64,000 nt of DNA, from the NCBI RefSeq assembly GCF_006345805.1, contig NC_043010.1, positions 60,760,001 through 60,824,000 of the forward strand. The letters are read 5' to 3'. Within the stretch, counting starts at the first letter, position 1. Every line of letters starts with the position of its first letter. Positions 42,999 through 55,511 of this stretch are shown here, piece by piece. The position numbers were made by a program, and so were the translations under genes. Source of the DNA: Octopus sinensis (taxonomy: Eukaryota). The notes under the pieces were generated by a model. That model was not told where the DNA came from. It was given only the letters and a program-made list of their open reading frames with translations, and ran no database searches.

Positions 42999-43081
42999 TA
43001 TTATTATTATTATTATTATTATCATTATTATTATTATTACTATTATTATTATTATTATTATTACTATTATTATCATCATCA

Positions 43082-43296
43082 AAGGCAGTGAGCTGACAGA
43101 ATCGTTGGCATGCTGAGCAAAATGCTCAGTAGCATTTCGTCTATCTTTATGTTCTGAGTTCAAATTCGACCAAGGTTGACTTTGCCTTTCATCCTTTTGG
43201 GGGTCAATAAAATAAGTAGCAGTTAAGCACAGGGGTCACTATAATCAACTACCTCACTCCCTGAAATCGCTGGCCTTCTACTAAAAGTTTAAACCA
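43082..43296 (+). mobile_element. tRNA-derived SINE (family B), full length
   Basis: AAGGCAGTGAGCTGACAGAATCGTTGGC head, B box and central core. Confidence 0.85.
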
Positions 43297-43771
43297 ATTT
43301 TTGTTCTGGGTCTCTGCACCCTGAGTTCAACTTTCTCTGAGGTGGGGGGTCAATAAATAAGTCGACAGCCCAGTGCCAGTCTAACCCTTTCTGCAACATT
43401 TTGCATGTTTCTCTTGATCAATGGTGAAAGAGTCGAAGAAGGGGTCTGTATCAGTCCACAACTACCTGAGCAGCCAAAACAATTAGCAAAGACATGGCAC
43501 CCACTCTCAGGTCCCCTTGGATTGTGCTTGGAATGACAGCCAGAGTACGTGTGTGCATAAAATATATAAGTGTGCGAACGTGTTTATTTATATATATATG
43601 GACGTTAAACAATGATGATGATGATATGTGTGTATATATATTTGTATGTGCCTATACGTATGTGTGTGCATGTATAAACGTGACACTGATAACACAGCAG
43701 TAAAGTTAAACTTGCTAATTTTATAGTTTTACAGTTTTGTGTATGTATGAATATTTACCTGTGAGTGTAAA

Positions 43772-43802
<31 letters not shown>

Positions 43803-44589
43803 ATAAAACTGTGTGAGTGTTCAATGTGTTTGTGTGTACATTCTTGTATCTGTATTGTATACAATATGTGTGTGTGTGTGTGTGTGTGTGTGCTTATGAG
43901 ACAGTATGGTATAAGTTTTTGTGTGTGTATATGTTGTGTATGTATACATGCATATGTACATTTGCAGCCATATCTGGGAGATATGAGTTTTCTTTTTTAA
44001 TCCTGAAGACCCAGGTCCAATACCAGTGTGTGGCATCTAAGGCAAGTGTCTTCTACTATGGTTTCAGGTTGACACAAGCCTTGTGAGCAAAACTGGACAG
44101 ACATGTTAGGAATGAGGAAAGGATGTCAAGAGGCAATGGTTCGGGGAAGAGGGAGGGATGAATAGAAGGGAGAATGTGAGTAGTGATAGGAGGGAGAGAA
44201 TGGTAGAGGTGGGAGGAACGAGAGAGGGAGACAATGATAGCTACATGCTGGTTGTTGGTAAAGAGGTTGAATAGAAAACCAACAGCAATATTATTGGGGT
44301 AGCAATAAAGATGGGTGATGATAGATGAAGAGTGACATGATGATGGAGTGAATGATGGCTGAGAGAAATAGAAGGGTGACGGAGATGAGATGGAACATGG
44401 ACAAATCAAATCATATGCCATATCTCAAAACACAGCTGATATATAATGAATGGAAGGGAGGCTGATGAGGAAGACAGAAGATGAAGATTTAACCCTGTCT
44501 GTGATGCATGACGGAGAAACACTATACTGCCCAAGCACTATCACCACCACCACCACCACCATTTGAAATACATTTTACTATGTGCCGGT

Positions 44590-44980
44590 GGGGAAGTAAC
44601 ACCATGTGTTACTATTCACTAAGGGACTTTGTCATCTTCATGAGGTTCACTTCCTGGAGATCAGTCTTCATCACTTCATCCCATGGTTTCCTAAGTCTCC
44701 TTCTTCCATTCACTTTGATTGCTTGGCACTCCTTTATACAACCGTCACTTCCATACACATCACCTGCCCATACCAGTATGGTCTTGTCTCTTGCACACAG
44801 CTTTTGTTTTCTCTTATATTCAATATTCCTCCATGTTCCATCATTCATGCACATCCAGTGAAGCATGTTTGCTTTATTTCTTTATCATCATTGCAAAACT
44901 TCCACATACAAGGCCTATGCCTTGCTATTGCACAGCATCTCACTCCATACACCAGGATCATACATTCTGCCCTTCATCAC
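44590..44980 (-). pseudogene. Old RTE LINE C-terminal fragment
   Basis: CIKECQAIKVNGRRRLRKPWDEVMKTDL parallels the RTE peptides near 39500 and 50300. Confidence 0.65.
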
Positions 44981-45747
44981 ATTTTACTCCAACTATTAGG
45001 TAGAAGGAAAATCTCAGAAGAGCTGAACAGCAAAAGGTCTTCAGAAAAAAAGCACCCTTCATGCAAGTATTTCAGCCCTTAACTCCTTGCACTCAATCGG
45101 AGCCAGACTATTCCCAGATCATGACGTCTGGATACCCCTTTGCTGCCATATTCTGTGCTTCTGTCTGAACAGCAACACTCCTGGATGGTTAAAGTGCCCC
45201 AGAGCCAAGGTATCTTGGATGCTGTAGCCATTTCAGCCTGAGACACCAGTTGATTGTTTGGTAAATTACACCTTTTGAAAGACACTTCCATCCCTCCTTG
45301 ATGAGATCCAGTTGGAACCACCCATGGACAAGTGGATGAGTATTCCTCAGACATGAGCACCTTTAGTGTAATTCTCACACTGTGTTAGTAGCTTGACACA
45401 ATGTTGGAAAGGCAGAGAGAAAGACACAGAGACAGGGGGAGAGAGGAAAGTAAGAATCGACCCCAATATTGAACTGGTACCTTATTTATAAGCCCCTTGA
45501 GAAGATAAAAGAGAAATCTGGCCTTGGTAGAGTTTGAACTCAGAATGCAAAGAGTCAGGATGAATACTACGAGGTATCTGGCCCAACATTTTAATGAATC
45601 TGCCAATGTAATGCCCACAACACATACACACAGATGTGTATACACACACTCACAGCTTCAATACACATGCACATATATGTTTGCATACATACATGTTCAC
45701 TTTCTCAAATACATACATATAAATTTATATACACACATATATTTGTA

Positions 45748-45958
45748 GAGGCGCAATGGCCTAGTGGTTAGGGCAGCGGACTCGCGGTCGCAGGATCGCG
45801 GTTTCGATTCTCAGACTGGGCGTTGTGTGTGTTTATTGAGCGAAAACACCTAAAAAAGCTCTACGAGGCTCCGGCAGGGGGTGGTGATCCCTGCTGTACT
45901 CATTCACCACAATGGCGGTGCCCCAGCATGGCCACAGCTCAAGAGCTGAAACTGGAAA
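45748..45958 (+). mobile_element. tRNA-derived SINE with CpG-rich head
   Basis: GAGGCGCAATGGCCTAGTGGTTAGGGCAGCGGACTCGCGGTCGCAGGATCGCGGTTTCGATTC; tail CCCCAGCATGGCCACAGCTC...CTGAAAC. Confidence 0.8.
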
Positions 45959-46059
45959 AACAAAAACAAACAAACAAACACATGTTCATTGCCTTGCACA
46001 TACACACCTATGTTCAGATGCTCACATGTTCACTACACCAAACATATACATTTGTTCAT

Positions 46060-46492
46060 ACTGTGATCATTACCAGCGTTGCCTTACTGGCACTTGTGCC
46101 CCATGCTAGTAGGGTGCTAAGAGCACCATCCAAGTGTTATCATTGCCAGAGCGGCTAACTGGCCTCCGTGCCAGTTGCATGTAAAAGACACCTTTCGAGC
46201 GTGATCACTACCAGTGTCGCCTTACTGGCACTTGTGCTGGTGACACGTGTAAAAGCATTTGAACGAGGTCATTGCCAGTACCACCTGACTGGCCCCCGTG
46301 ACGGTAGCAGGTAAAAGCACCCACTACAATCACGGAGTGGTTGGCGTTAGGAAGGGCATCAAGCTGTAGAAACTTTGCTAGATCAAGATTGGAGCCTGGT
46401 GCAGCCATCTGGTTCACCAGCCCTCAGTCAAATCGTCCAACCCATGCAAGCATAGAAAGTGGACGTTAAACGATGATGATGATGATGATGAT
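46060..46492 (+). mobile_element. RTE 3' UTR fragment (family C)
   Basis: Standard tail ending GGACGTTAAACGAT(GAT)n. Confidence 0.8.
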
Positions 46493-46902
46493 GCTCACTG
46501 CCTTAAACACCACACACACACACACACATGGTCACTACTTCAAACACTCAAATGTTCATAAACACACAAATATTTACAAGTGTATATGAATGTTTGAGGT
46601 TTGTGACCAAATGGTTAACATGCTGGGTTCATGATCATAGAGGTGAGGGTTCAATTCCCAAAAAAACCTTGCAGGGTTTACTATCCTTGAGCAAGACTCT
46701 TCATTCACGTTACTCCAGTCTTACCAGCTGAGTAGCTGTGTAGCTCTCTCTCTCCCTCCATTGATCACATTCTCTCAGGGTCAAATGTGTGATGGTTGAG
46801 AGGATGTCTATATGTCCTCGTGACCCCATAAACACTTAAAAAAATTAACAAATTAACAAATTAACAATTAACAAATGGTACAAGCTTCTACATATTAATA
46901 TC

Positions 46903-47417
46903 TTTTATCTTTGATCTTTAACTAGTTTCAGTCATTGGACTGTGGCCATGCTGGGGCACTGCCTTGAAGAATTTTTGCTGCGTGAATTTACCCTAGGACA
47001 TATTTTTTTTTCAGCTTAGTTCTTGTTTTATCAGTCTCTTTTGTCGAACCACTATGTTACAGGGACGTAAACACACCAACACTGGTAGTCAAGCAGTGGG
47101 GGGGGGACAAACACAGACACAAACATACATACACACACATATATTATATATATATATACATTTGCACATAAACATACACACACGTATATATGTGTGTGTG
47201 TACATGTGTGTGTGTGTACGTGTGTGTGTGTGTGTGTATACGTGTGTGTGTGTGCTTACAATACACTTTCAGTTTCTGTTTACAAAATCCTCACAGAGAT
47301 TTGGTCTGCCTGAAGCTATAGCAGAAGGCACTTGCCCAAGGTGTCATGCAATGGGACTGAACCAGGAACTCTGTAGCTGGAAAACAAACTTCTTACCACA
47401 CAGCCATGCCTGCACCT
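46903..47417 (-). mobile_element. tRNA-derived SINE (family A)
   Basis: Full-length reverse-complement copy with internal microsatellite. Confidence 0.8.
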
Positions 47418-47436
47418 ATATTTATATATATATATA

Positions 47437-47750
47437 CCGGAGTAAACAAATAAATGTGAAACAAGGTGGAAAAAAGAGTACTCAAATACCAGAGGTAGAG
47501 TAATATGCTTTATTTAAAACAGCAGAAAATTCAACAAAACCTATTACTCTGAGTTTCACGTTGCCGTTCATGGAAATATCTAAAACGAATAAATTAATCC
47601 TCCCTTTGTGTAAATCTAAATGTAAAAAGAAATCACATACCTTTGTCAACATATCGGTTCCATTCTAGCAAAAACTGTCCGATGAACGGCAACGGGAAAC
47701 TCAGAGTAACAGGTTTTGTTGAATTTTCTGCTGCTTTAAATAAAGTATAT
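47437..47750. mobile_element. Inverted Penelope-like pseudo-LTR pair
   Basis: 47503-47571 is inverted to 47682-47750; hammerhead core followed by AATAAA; the left arm has a ~65-bp extra tail. Confidence 0.7.
47671..47717 (+). ncRNA. Minimal hammerhead ribozyme motif with CCGAUGA core variant
   Basis: AAAACTGT-CCGATGA-ACG(GCAA)CGG-GAAA-CTCAGAG-TA-ACAGGTTTT; the other arm has the fully paired ACG(GCAA)CGT stem II. Confidence 0.65.
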
Positions 47751-47756
47751 ATATAT

Positions 47757-47788
<32 letters not shown>

Positions 47789-48799
47789 CATACACACACA
47801 CACATACATAAAAGCTAAGCTTTACTCATCTGCATTTATATATATTGGAAAGCAGACGTTAAACGATGATGATGATGATGATTAATGTAGGCGTGTGTGT
47901 GTGCGCGCATGCGCAAGTGGCCTGGTGGTTATAGCAGTTCACTTCTCAATCACTTTGTCCCATGTTCAATACTGCTGCATCTCCTCTTCACGAAGGGTCA
48001 TTTACTCATTTACATAAAAGTTGGTCCTAATGTATGTATGTATGTATGTATGTATGTATGTATAGTGACATGTACACATACATACATATATATGTACATA
48101 TGCATGTTTGTAAGTATGTATTCATGTATGTATAACTTAAAACTGCATCTGATAGTGGGGCCCTGATATGGGAGTTCCAAGGTTTTTAAGGAGTGTAGAA
48201 CCACCTCGTAGCTACCATTGTTCCCAGATCTATTCTGACCCAGAATACTAGCATGTGTTTGGTTCCCAGCCATGGGTCAACTAACAAATGTGATGACAAC
48301 CCGTCAGAGCAGAGGGACCCAAAAATATACTTAGTTGGTGTCAGGGTGTGCAGTTTAAATGACTGGAAGTGATGGACCCCTAGCTTTTAGGAGAAAGACA
48401 CTCTGATATAAAACCTGCAGTTTTATGGGATTAATGGTCATCTCACTTCAGCCTGTCATTAAGTACTAATCTCAGAGACTCAGATAATGATATTCATGCT
48501 ATACAAGCATTTATCACGATAATCCATTGCTGTACAGATGTCTCTTTATGTCTCTACCGAAAACCTTAAGGTGATGGCAGAGGGCCAATGTGTGTGGACC
48601 TTACCAGTTGAAGGTGCACAGTAAGTTACAACTTTCATCTGTCACCTATCCTCCAAATGACGCATATATGCCATGCGATGGAATAGTCATCTGAGAGGTC
48701 ATGGACGGAAAGCCAGAAATGGCATTGACACCAAGGAAGCACAAGAAGATGGTAATCATCTGTGAAGATAAAGCAATGTATGCATGAATGTATGCACAC

Positions 48800-48832
<33 letters not shown>

Positions 48833-50187
48833 TGTATGTATGTATGTATGTATGTATGTATGTATGTGTGTGTGCAGATTTGTATGTTTTGTGTTATGTA
48901 TGTCTCCTCATGCATATAGTTACATATCTAGACATGTTCATATATATTTAAATGATAAACTTCTGGAAAGTTTTACAGATTTTTACAGTTCCAGTGATGG
49001 ATTGGATCTGTAGTCTTCGAATAAGCTTCTTCTTTCTGGTTTTGAGAAGCCTAATTTCTCAAGATGTATGTATGTATGTATATGCATACACACGTACATT
49101 CAAAAATACATACATATATACACACACACATGGTGGTTGTCAACTCATAGACAATGTCACTGACAAATTACCTTATTCTACGTCAGGGGTTCTCAACTAT
49201 TTTTTTGTTATTTGTGTTGGTTCTATGGCTGTCTACTCCTTTCTCCCTCTCTCCTGGCTTTCGCAGCTCCAGAATAGCAATGTGGCCTTTGGGGGATGGG
49301 TATTATTATGAATTTTATGTCCATACAGTCTTGTCTGTCCACATATTTTCAGTCCTCTTGGTACTCACAACCAGCCCACACAAGGGTGGTGCCGAGTCAA
49401 AAATCACCAATGCTACCAATGCCCGGAAATATGACTCTTGTATTCTTCCAGCCCATATCTAGTGACACAAGTTTGAAGGGAAGCGTGTGGGGCACCAACT
49501 CTGCCTGTTACTTGCGTTGTCAAGTTTCAAAGACTGAAGGAGAGAGAAATAAAGGATTATTTCTATTTATAGAGACATCATTCAGTAACACCCAAAGGGT
49601 TATTGTTAGCCAAAGAAGGGGACAGTCATTTTATGAGATTTATTTTTAACTTTTGCTGGATAATATTTTTTCAGTTCAATTATAAAACTGTATTTACATT
49701 AAAGTTGAATTAATCACAATCATGAGTAAAGATTAATTGTTGACAAAGGTATGTGATTTCTTTTTACATTTAGATTTACACAAAGAGAGGATTAATTCAT
49801 TCGTTTTAGACATTTCCATGACAAACCATAATAGTTCAACCACCACTGACCAATGCCTTAGCTGCAAATTGAAACACTTTTATATCTCACGGTCTGTCTC
49901 TGTGACTTGTTTCCTGATGAGGTTCAATACAATGAAGCTATAAGTCTTATGATACTCTGCCTGTAGTTAATAAATGTAATGAATATTCACTTTATGTTCA
50001 TCAACTCCAGACAAATGTTCTTTTCCTGCTACCAAAATAGAAGTGTTGAGTTAGTTGAGGAGACAGTATCAAGAGAATGGTTTGCAGGATTTGTTACAGC
50101 ATTCAAATATCATCATGGTCGACTTTGCCTTTGTCTTTTATGGTCAACAAATAAAGGACCAACTTGCCCTTTTCTGTGGAAGATTCC

Positions 50188-50237
<50 letters not shown>

Positions 50238-50257
<20 letters not shown>

Positions 50258-50833
50258 TAGTTGTGTAAAGAAGTGCCAATCTCTAACTGGGGAGGGAACC
50301 TGTGGGAGAGGTAGACCCAGAAAGACATGGGATGAGGTGGTGAAGCATGATCTTTGAACTTTGAGCCTCATGGAGGCAATGACTAGTGGCTGATGCTGGT
50401 ATCACGTAACTGGCACCCATGCTGGTGGCATGTAAAAAGCACCTTTTGAACATTGGGCCTCATGGAGGCAAGGTGGCCGATGCCAGTAGCATGTGGAAAG
50501 CACCTTTTGAGTGTTGGGCCTCACGGAGGCAATGACAAATGACCGAGACCTTTGGCATTATGTCATGCTTGCGAAGACGACCCATCTAGCCAAGTGAAAT
50601 TACAGTCATGGCAATACTGGTGTCACGCAAATGGCACCCATGCCAGAGGCACATAAAAGTACCCACTACACTCTCAGAGTGGTTGGCATTAGGAAGGGCA
50701 TCCAGCTGTGGAAAACCATGCCAAATCAGACTGGAATCTGGTACAGCATTCCAGCTTACCAGCCCTGGTCAAACCATCCAACCCAAGCCAGCATGGATAA
50801 TGGACATTAAATGATGATAATGATGATGATGAT
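50238..50833 (+). mobile_element. RTE LINE 3' end (ORF terminus, 3' UTR, (GAT)n)
   Basis: SCVKKCQSLTGEGTCGRGRPRKTWDEVVKHDL followed by the family C tail. Confidence 0.85.
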
Positions 50834-50964
50834 GACCCCTTTGGTTACTATTTTATTCTGGTGGACTCCCACAACCATTCGATGTTCAAACATAGATATT
50901 TCTTTCAAAATTCCTATTTTGTTTTTCACACGCTCACCTGTGTAGGTGGATTAAGTAAAGTATC

Positions 50965-51161
50965 ATCTTTTATCTTTTACCTGTTTTAGTCATTAGAGTG
51001 CGGTCATGCTGGAGCACTGCCTTGAATTTTTAGTCGAATGAATCGACCCCAATACTTATTTTTTAAGCCTGGTACTTATTCTATTGGTCTCTTTTGCCAA
51101 ACTGCAAAGTTACAGGGATGTAAACACACCAACACCAGTTGTCAAGTTGTGATGATGAGGA

Positions 51162-51219
<58 letters not shown>

Positions 51220-51239
51220 TATACACACCTCTCTCTCTC

Positions 51240-51274
<35 letters not shown>

Positions 51275-51448
51275 CACACACACACACATATGCATATATA
51301 TATACAATGGGCTTCTACCAAATCCACTCATTTGGTCAGCCCGTGGCTATAGTAGGAGACACTTGCCCAAGGGGCCATGCAGCAGGACTGAACCAGGAAC
51401 CATGTGATTAGGAAGCAAGCTTCTTACCCCACAGCCACTCCTCTGCCT
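50965..51448 (-). mobile_element. tRNA-derived SINE (family A)
   Basis: Reverse-complement copy with (CA)n interior. Confidence 0.8.
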
Positions 51449-52287
51449 GTTAGAGAAAGAAACCTGACTGTTTTTTGCAATACATACCAATGCATACATC
51501 TAAAGCAAAATTTCTTTTCAGGGGCCCTTAAAAAACTACTGTCGATCTGTAATTTATATTTTGTTGTGTGGACCCCACCAAAATTTTATATGGACCCATG
51601 GGGACCATATAGACCTCGGATAAAAACCACTGTTCTAGATCAATGGTTCCCAGAGTGGGCAGTATTACCACCACCACTGGGAAAAGTTGGATGGGGCCTT
51701 GAAGAAAAATGGGGTGATTATGGGGTTGTCAAAGGGAGTGCTTGTTGGCAATACCCACCCACATACTTTTGTCATGTTTAGGAAATAGTGCTTAAAACAT
51801 CATCTGTACAAAGTTGTTTGAAAGTTGGTTTTCTTCTCAAAACAAGCACAAAAATAAAGAAAAAAAACCAAAAGTTTACAAAAAAATTAACCATAAAATT
51901 CCCAAGAGAATTTACATACATAAATCTCTTTGCGTGTGCGTGTGTGCTAAGGATGTGTTTCTTCTTGTTTCAATGTCGTACCAGACATATCGTACCAGAC
52001 ATATCGTTAGCAATATTCCCCAGAGATCTCCTATGCCTACTACAGGAAATGTTTGATACCAATGCCAAATATGTGTGTATATATGTACAAAAGTGTGCTT
52101 GTATATATATATATACATGTGTATACACACACACACATATGTATACATACATGCATATATATATATGAACACTTGTATATATATATAGGGTGCAGCCATC
52201 TGGTTCACCAGACCTCCGTCAAATCGTCCAACCCTTGCTAGCTTAGAAAGCGGATGTTAAACAATGATGATGATGATGATGATGATG

Positions 52288-53156
52288 AGGGTGTGGTGAA
52301 TGAACTGTCGTCTAAGTTACACAAAAATGAAAATAACACTGACATCTCATTTTAACAGATATATTTACCAAAATTACATAAAATATCTTGAAATACTAAA
52401 GAGTAAATTTATTCAATAAAATCGCCATTGGCTTCAGCCATGGCCTCAAGACGACTTTGGAATCTCCTGAAACTCTTCTGGACAGTCTCCTTGTTTCAGT
52501 TGGTGAATGCTGCTATAATCCTTGCCTTCAGTTTATCTTTGGTGTCATAAAGAGTTTTGTTGGTTTCTTGCTCAGCTGTACCCCATACATAATAATTAAA
52601 ATGGTTGCAGTCTGGGGAGTTAGGTGGCCAAATGTTAGGGGTGATGTGGTCGCAGAGATTGTCTGACAGCCATGACTGGATACTCCTGCTTGTGTGGCAT
52701 GGTACAGAGTCTTGTTACCAGACAGGGTCTTCCAGCAGCCACCCTTTTCACCCAGAGCAGCACTACTTCCTCCAGGCACTTGATGTAGGCCTCCATGTTG
52801 AGTCTGAGGCCATGTGGGGAGATGAAGGGAGGCCTAACATCATCATAACCATTGATCAATCGAAACCCCATGATGGTGACTGGATGTTTGATTTTTATCA
52901 CTCTCAGTACATGTCCTCTGATTGACACCCAAACACTCTGAAATGTTCATGTTGGAGCTTCCAATGCAAATGCCAAGCAGTACAGCATGTCCTTTCCAAA
53001 TTTCTGGCAGAATGAATTGTGTCATGGTGTTGTTGCTCTCACAGATGGTGCCCAACTGACCCTACTATACTGTGTAGTCAACAAAATCAAAAACAAACAA
53101 TGCTCATGTGTGAAATTAAAAATATAGAATGGCAACAATTTACCCATCACACCCTG
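52288..53156 (-). mobile_element. Non-autonomous maT/DD37D transposon (~870 bp), same family as 1-666
   Basis: Ends AGGGTGTGGTGAAT and TACCCATCACACCCTG|TA; decayed transposase FISPHGLRLNMEAYIKCLEEVVLLWVKRVAAGRP; N-terminal ISECLGVNQRT remnant. Confidence 0.9.
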
Positions 53157-53359
53157 TATAATGTATATATGAATATATGCATCTTTGTGTGTGTGTATAT
53201 GTATATATATATATATAGTTAATCCAAACATGAAAACACAAAGAGAAAACACAACAATGCGAGGACATGGAACAAGTATAGTGTTATTGGACGCTCAGGA
53301 AAGAAGATATATATATATGTGTATATATATATATATATACATACATAATCGAAATCGAT

Positions 53360-53735
53360 CAATGGAAATTGCGGATGTGTTACCAGTGCCGGTGGCATGT
53401 AAGAGAACCTTCCGTTTCGTGACCGTTGCCAGCACCGCCCCGTTTCGTGTCCATTGCCAGCCTTGCCTGGCCCTCGTGCCGGTGGCACATAAAAAGCACC
53501 ATCCGTTCGTGGCCGTTTGCCAGCTCTGTCTGGCACCTGTGCGGGTGGCACGTAAAAAGCACCCACTACACTCACGGAGTGGTTGGCGTTAGGAAGGGCA
53601 TCCAGCCGTAGAAACACTGCCGGATTTGACTGGGCCTGATGAAGCCTTCTGGCTTCACAGACCCCAGTAGAACCGTCCAACCCATGCTAGCATGGAAAAC
53701 GGATGCTAAACGATGATGATGATGATGATGATGAT
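53360..53735 (+). mobile_element. RTE 3' UTR fragment (family C)
   Basis: Closely matches 42050-42380. Confidence 0.85.
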
Positions 53736-54335
53736 AAAACACACACATATGTGCCTTCATATATAAATATATACATATATATGCGCAGTGCATGAAGTTC
53801 CTTGTTTCATTGGGTTTGCAAAGGAGGGATACATTATTCATTATCCTAAGTCTCTTATAAGTATGTTAATTTTCATATTGTGTGTCAGGGCTGAGGCCTT
53901 GTGAACAATTTAGAAGCTACGGGCTTCGTGTGATAGGAGTGGAGGAGCTGCACACCGTTATTTACAGTTCCTAAGTTTGCTTAATTAGGAACTGTAAACA
54001 ACAAAGTACAGCTCCTCCACTCCTATTGCATGAAACCCATAGCTTCTCAATTAGCATACTGATAGCAGACTTAGTTAGGACAATACATACATACATACAT
54101 ACATACATACATGCACACACACATACATACATACATCGTGAATTCATATGTATATGTATATATGTATATATAGACACATTTACTTGAATGTGCACCTATA
54201 CATACATATGTTTTTTATTTATAAATAGTTGAGTCACTGTATTCATTATAAATATGTTACCACCCTATTCTTTAGAGGAGTGTGCTTCTTTTTCGGATAT
54301 ATGATATGATATATATATATAAATATATATATAAA

Positions 54336-54552
54336 GTTAATCCAAACAAGAAAGCACACAATAACAGAACAACGCAAGGACGTGGAACAAATATAGAATT
54401 ATTGGAGGAAAGAAGGAAAGAAGGAAAGAAGGAAAGAAGGGGGGTTGAACGTTTCGAGCGGAGCTCTTCGTCGGAAACATAGAAGGAAAGATCCAGAGAA
54501 GGGAAGACAGGAAAAAAATCGCCAACAGTACACACGAGGTCACATTTTGAAA
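54336..54552 (-). mobile_element. Penelope-like pseudo-LTR fragment with hammerhead motif
   Basis: Hammerhead motif at 54444-54478; terminus GTTAATCCAAACA.GAAA.CACA shared with the fragment at 53218-53305. Confidence 0.6.
54444..54478 (-). ncRNA. Minimal hammerhead ribozyme motif (degenerate)
   Basis: GTTT-CCGACGA-A-GAGC(TCC)GCTC-GAAA-CG-TT-CAAC; the innermost stem I pair is mismatched. Confidence 0.55.
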
Positions 54553-55511
54553 TATACATACACACAGAAACACACACAGAGAAAGAGAGAGAGAGACTAG
54601 TTGGGGCTCGTTACTTTCACTAAACAAATTATTTACAATTTTAATTCCGATGTATTTCAAACAATTGTTGTCTTGAGTTTGTATTTTTTAAGGTAAAGGT
54701 AAGAGATTATTTCTTATTTTCCATAATCGGTATTTTGACTTTTGTTCTAAGTAAAGTTTGATTTTATCAAAATTATGAAAATTTCCTAACTTTTCAGTAT
54801 CAGACAAACTTTACAATTTCTCTTTGTATATTTACTTTAAACATAGACGTCAATCAATAGACTCCTACAATGGTTAAAATAAGTCATTATAAATATAGAT
54901 TCATATATATATTTTTAGAATTTGTGGAGTATTCAGTTGGAACTCATCATTTTACCAAACCGATTTCTTTGATTTTCTGTGCTTTCAACAATTTTCTCAA
55001 AATTATATTTTAGAAACTCTATCATTACAAATTTTCTTAAAAGAAGGTATTTAATTTTATATTTGTCAGACTTCCAGAATAGCTGTCTTACATAAATCGG
55101 AATTTCTGGGAATTTTTCAGCATTTTCCCACATTTCATGAATATCCCATGTTTCAAATTACTCATGAGCAGAGTTTCTTTAAGATAAAACTTTTTAATCC
55201 ATATTTTTCCAAATGTCTATCCACCCATCGTCACCACTATGATTTCTCTTCTTTATGTTTCTTTCCGTTATGTAGTGCTCCACGTTTTTAAACACTTGTA
55301 ATTTGTATTTTTAAAGAATAAAATTTGGAAAAGCTTTCAGGCAGAAATTGGAATTTCTAAATTTTTTTTCATGATTTTTATCTTGAATGAAGAGGTGGAA
55401 GTACGAAATTTTTCCAATAAAATGCGTATTACATGTGTTTCAAAATGTGGATTGCTCTAACATTTAAGACATTCTGCGCAACAGAATGAATCCAGATAAA
55501 AAAAATTTACA

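Larger units (their letters stand above)
49184..51632. mobile_element. Putative hAT (Charlie-like) MITE with nested insertions
   Basis: Ends CAGGGGTTCTCAAC and GATAAAAACCACTG; flanking 8-mers TTCTACGT and TTCTAGAT match at 6/8. MITE-like body visible at about 50834-50960 and 51450-51632. Confidence 0.45.
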
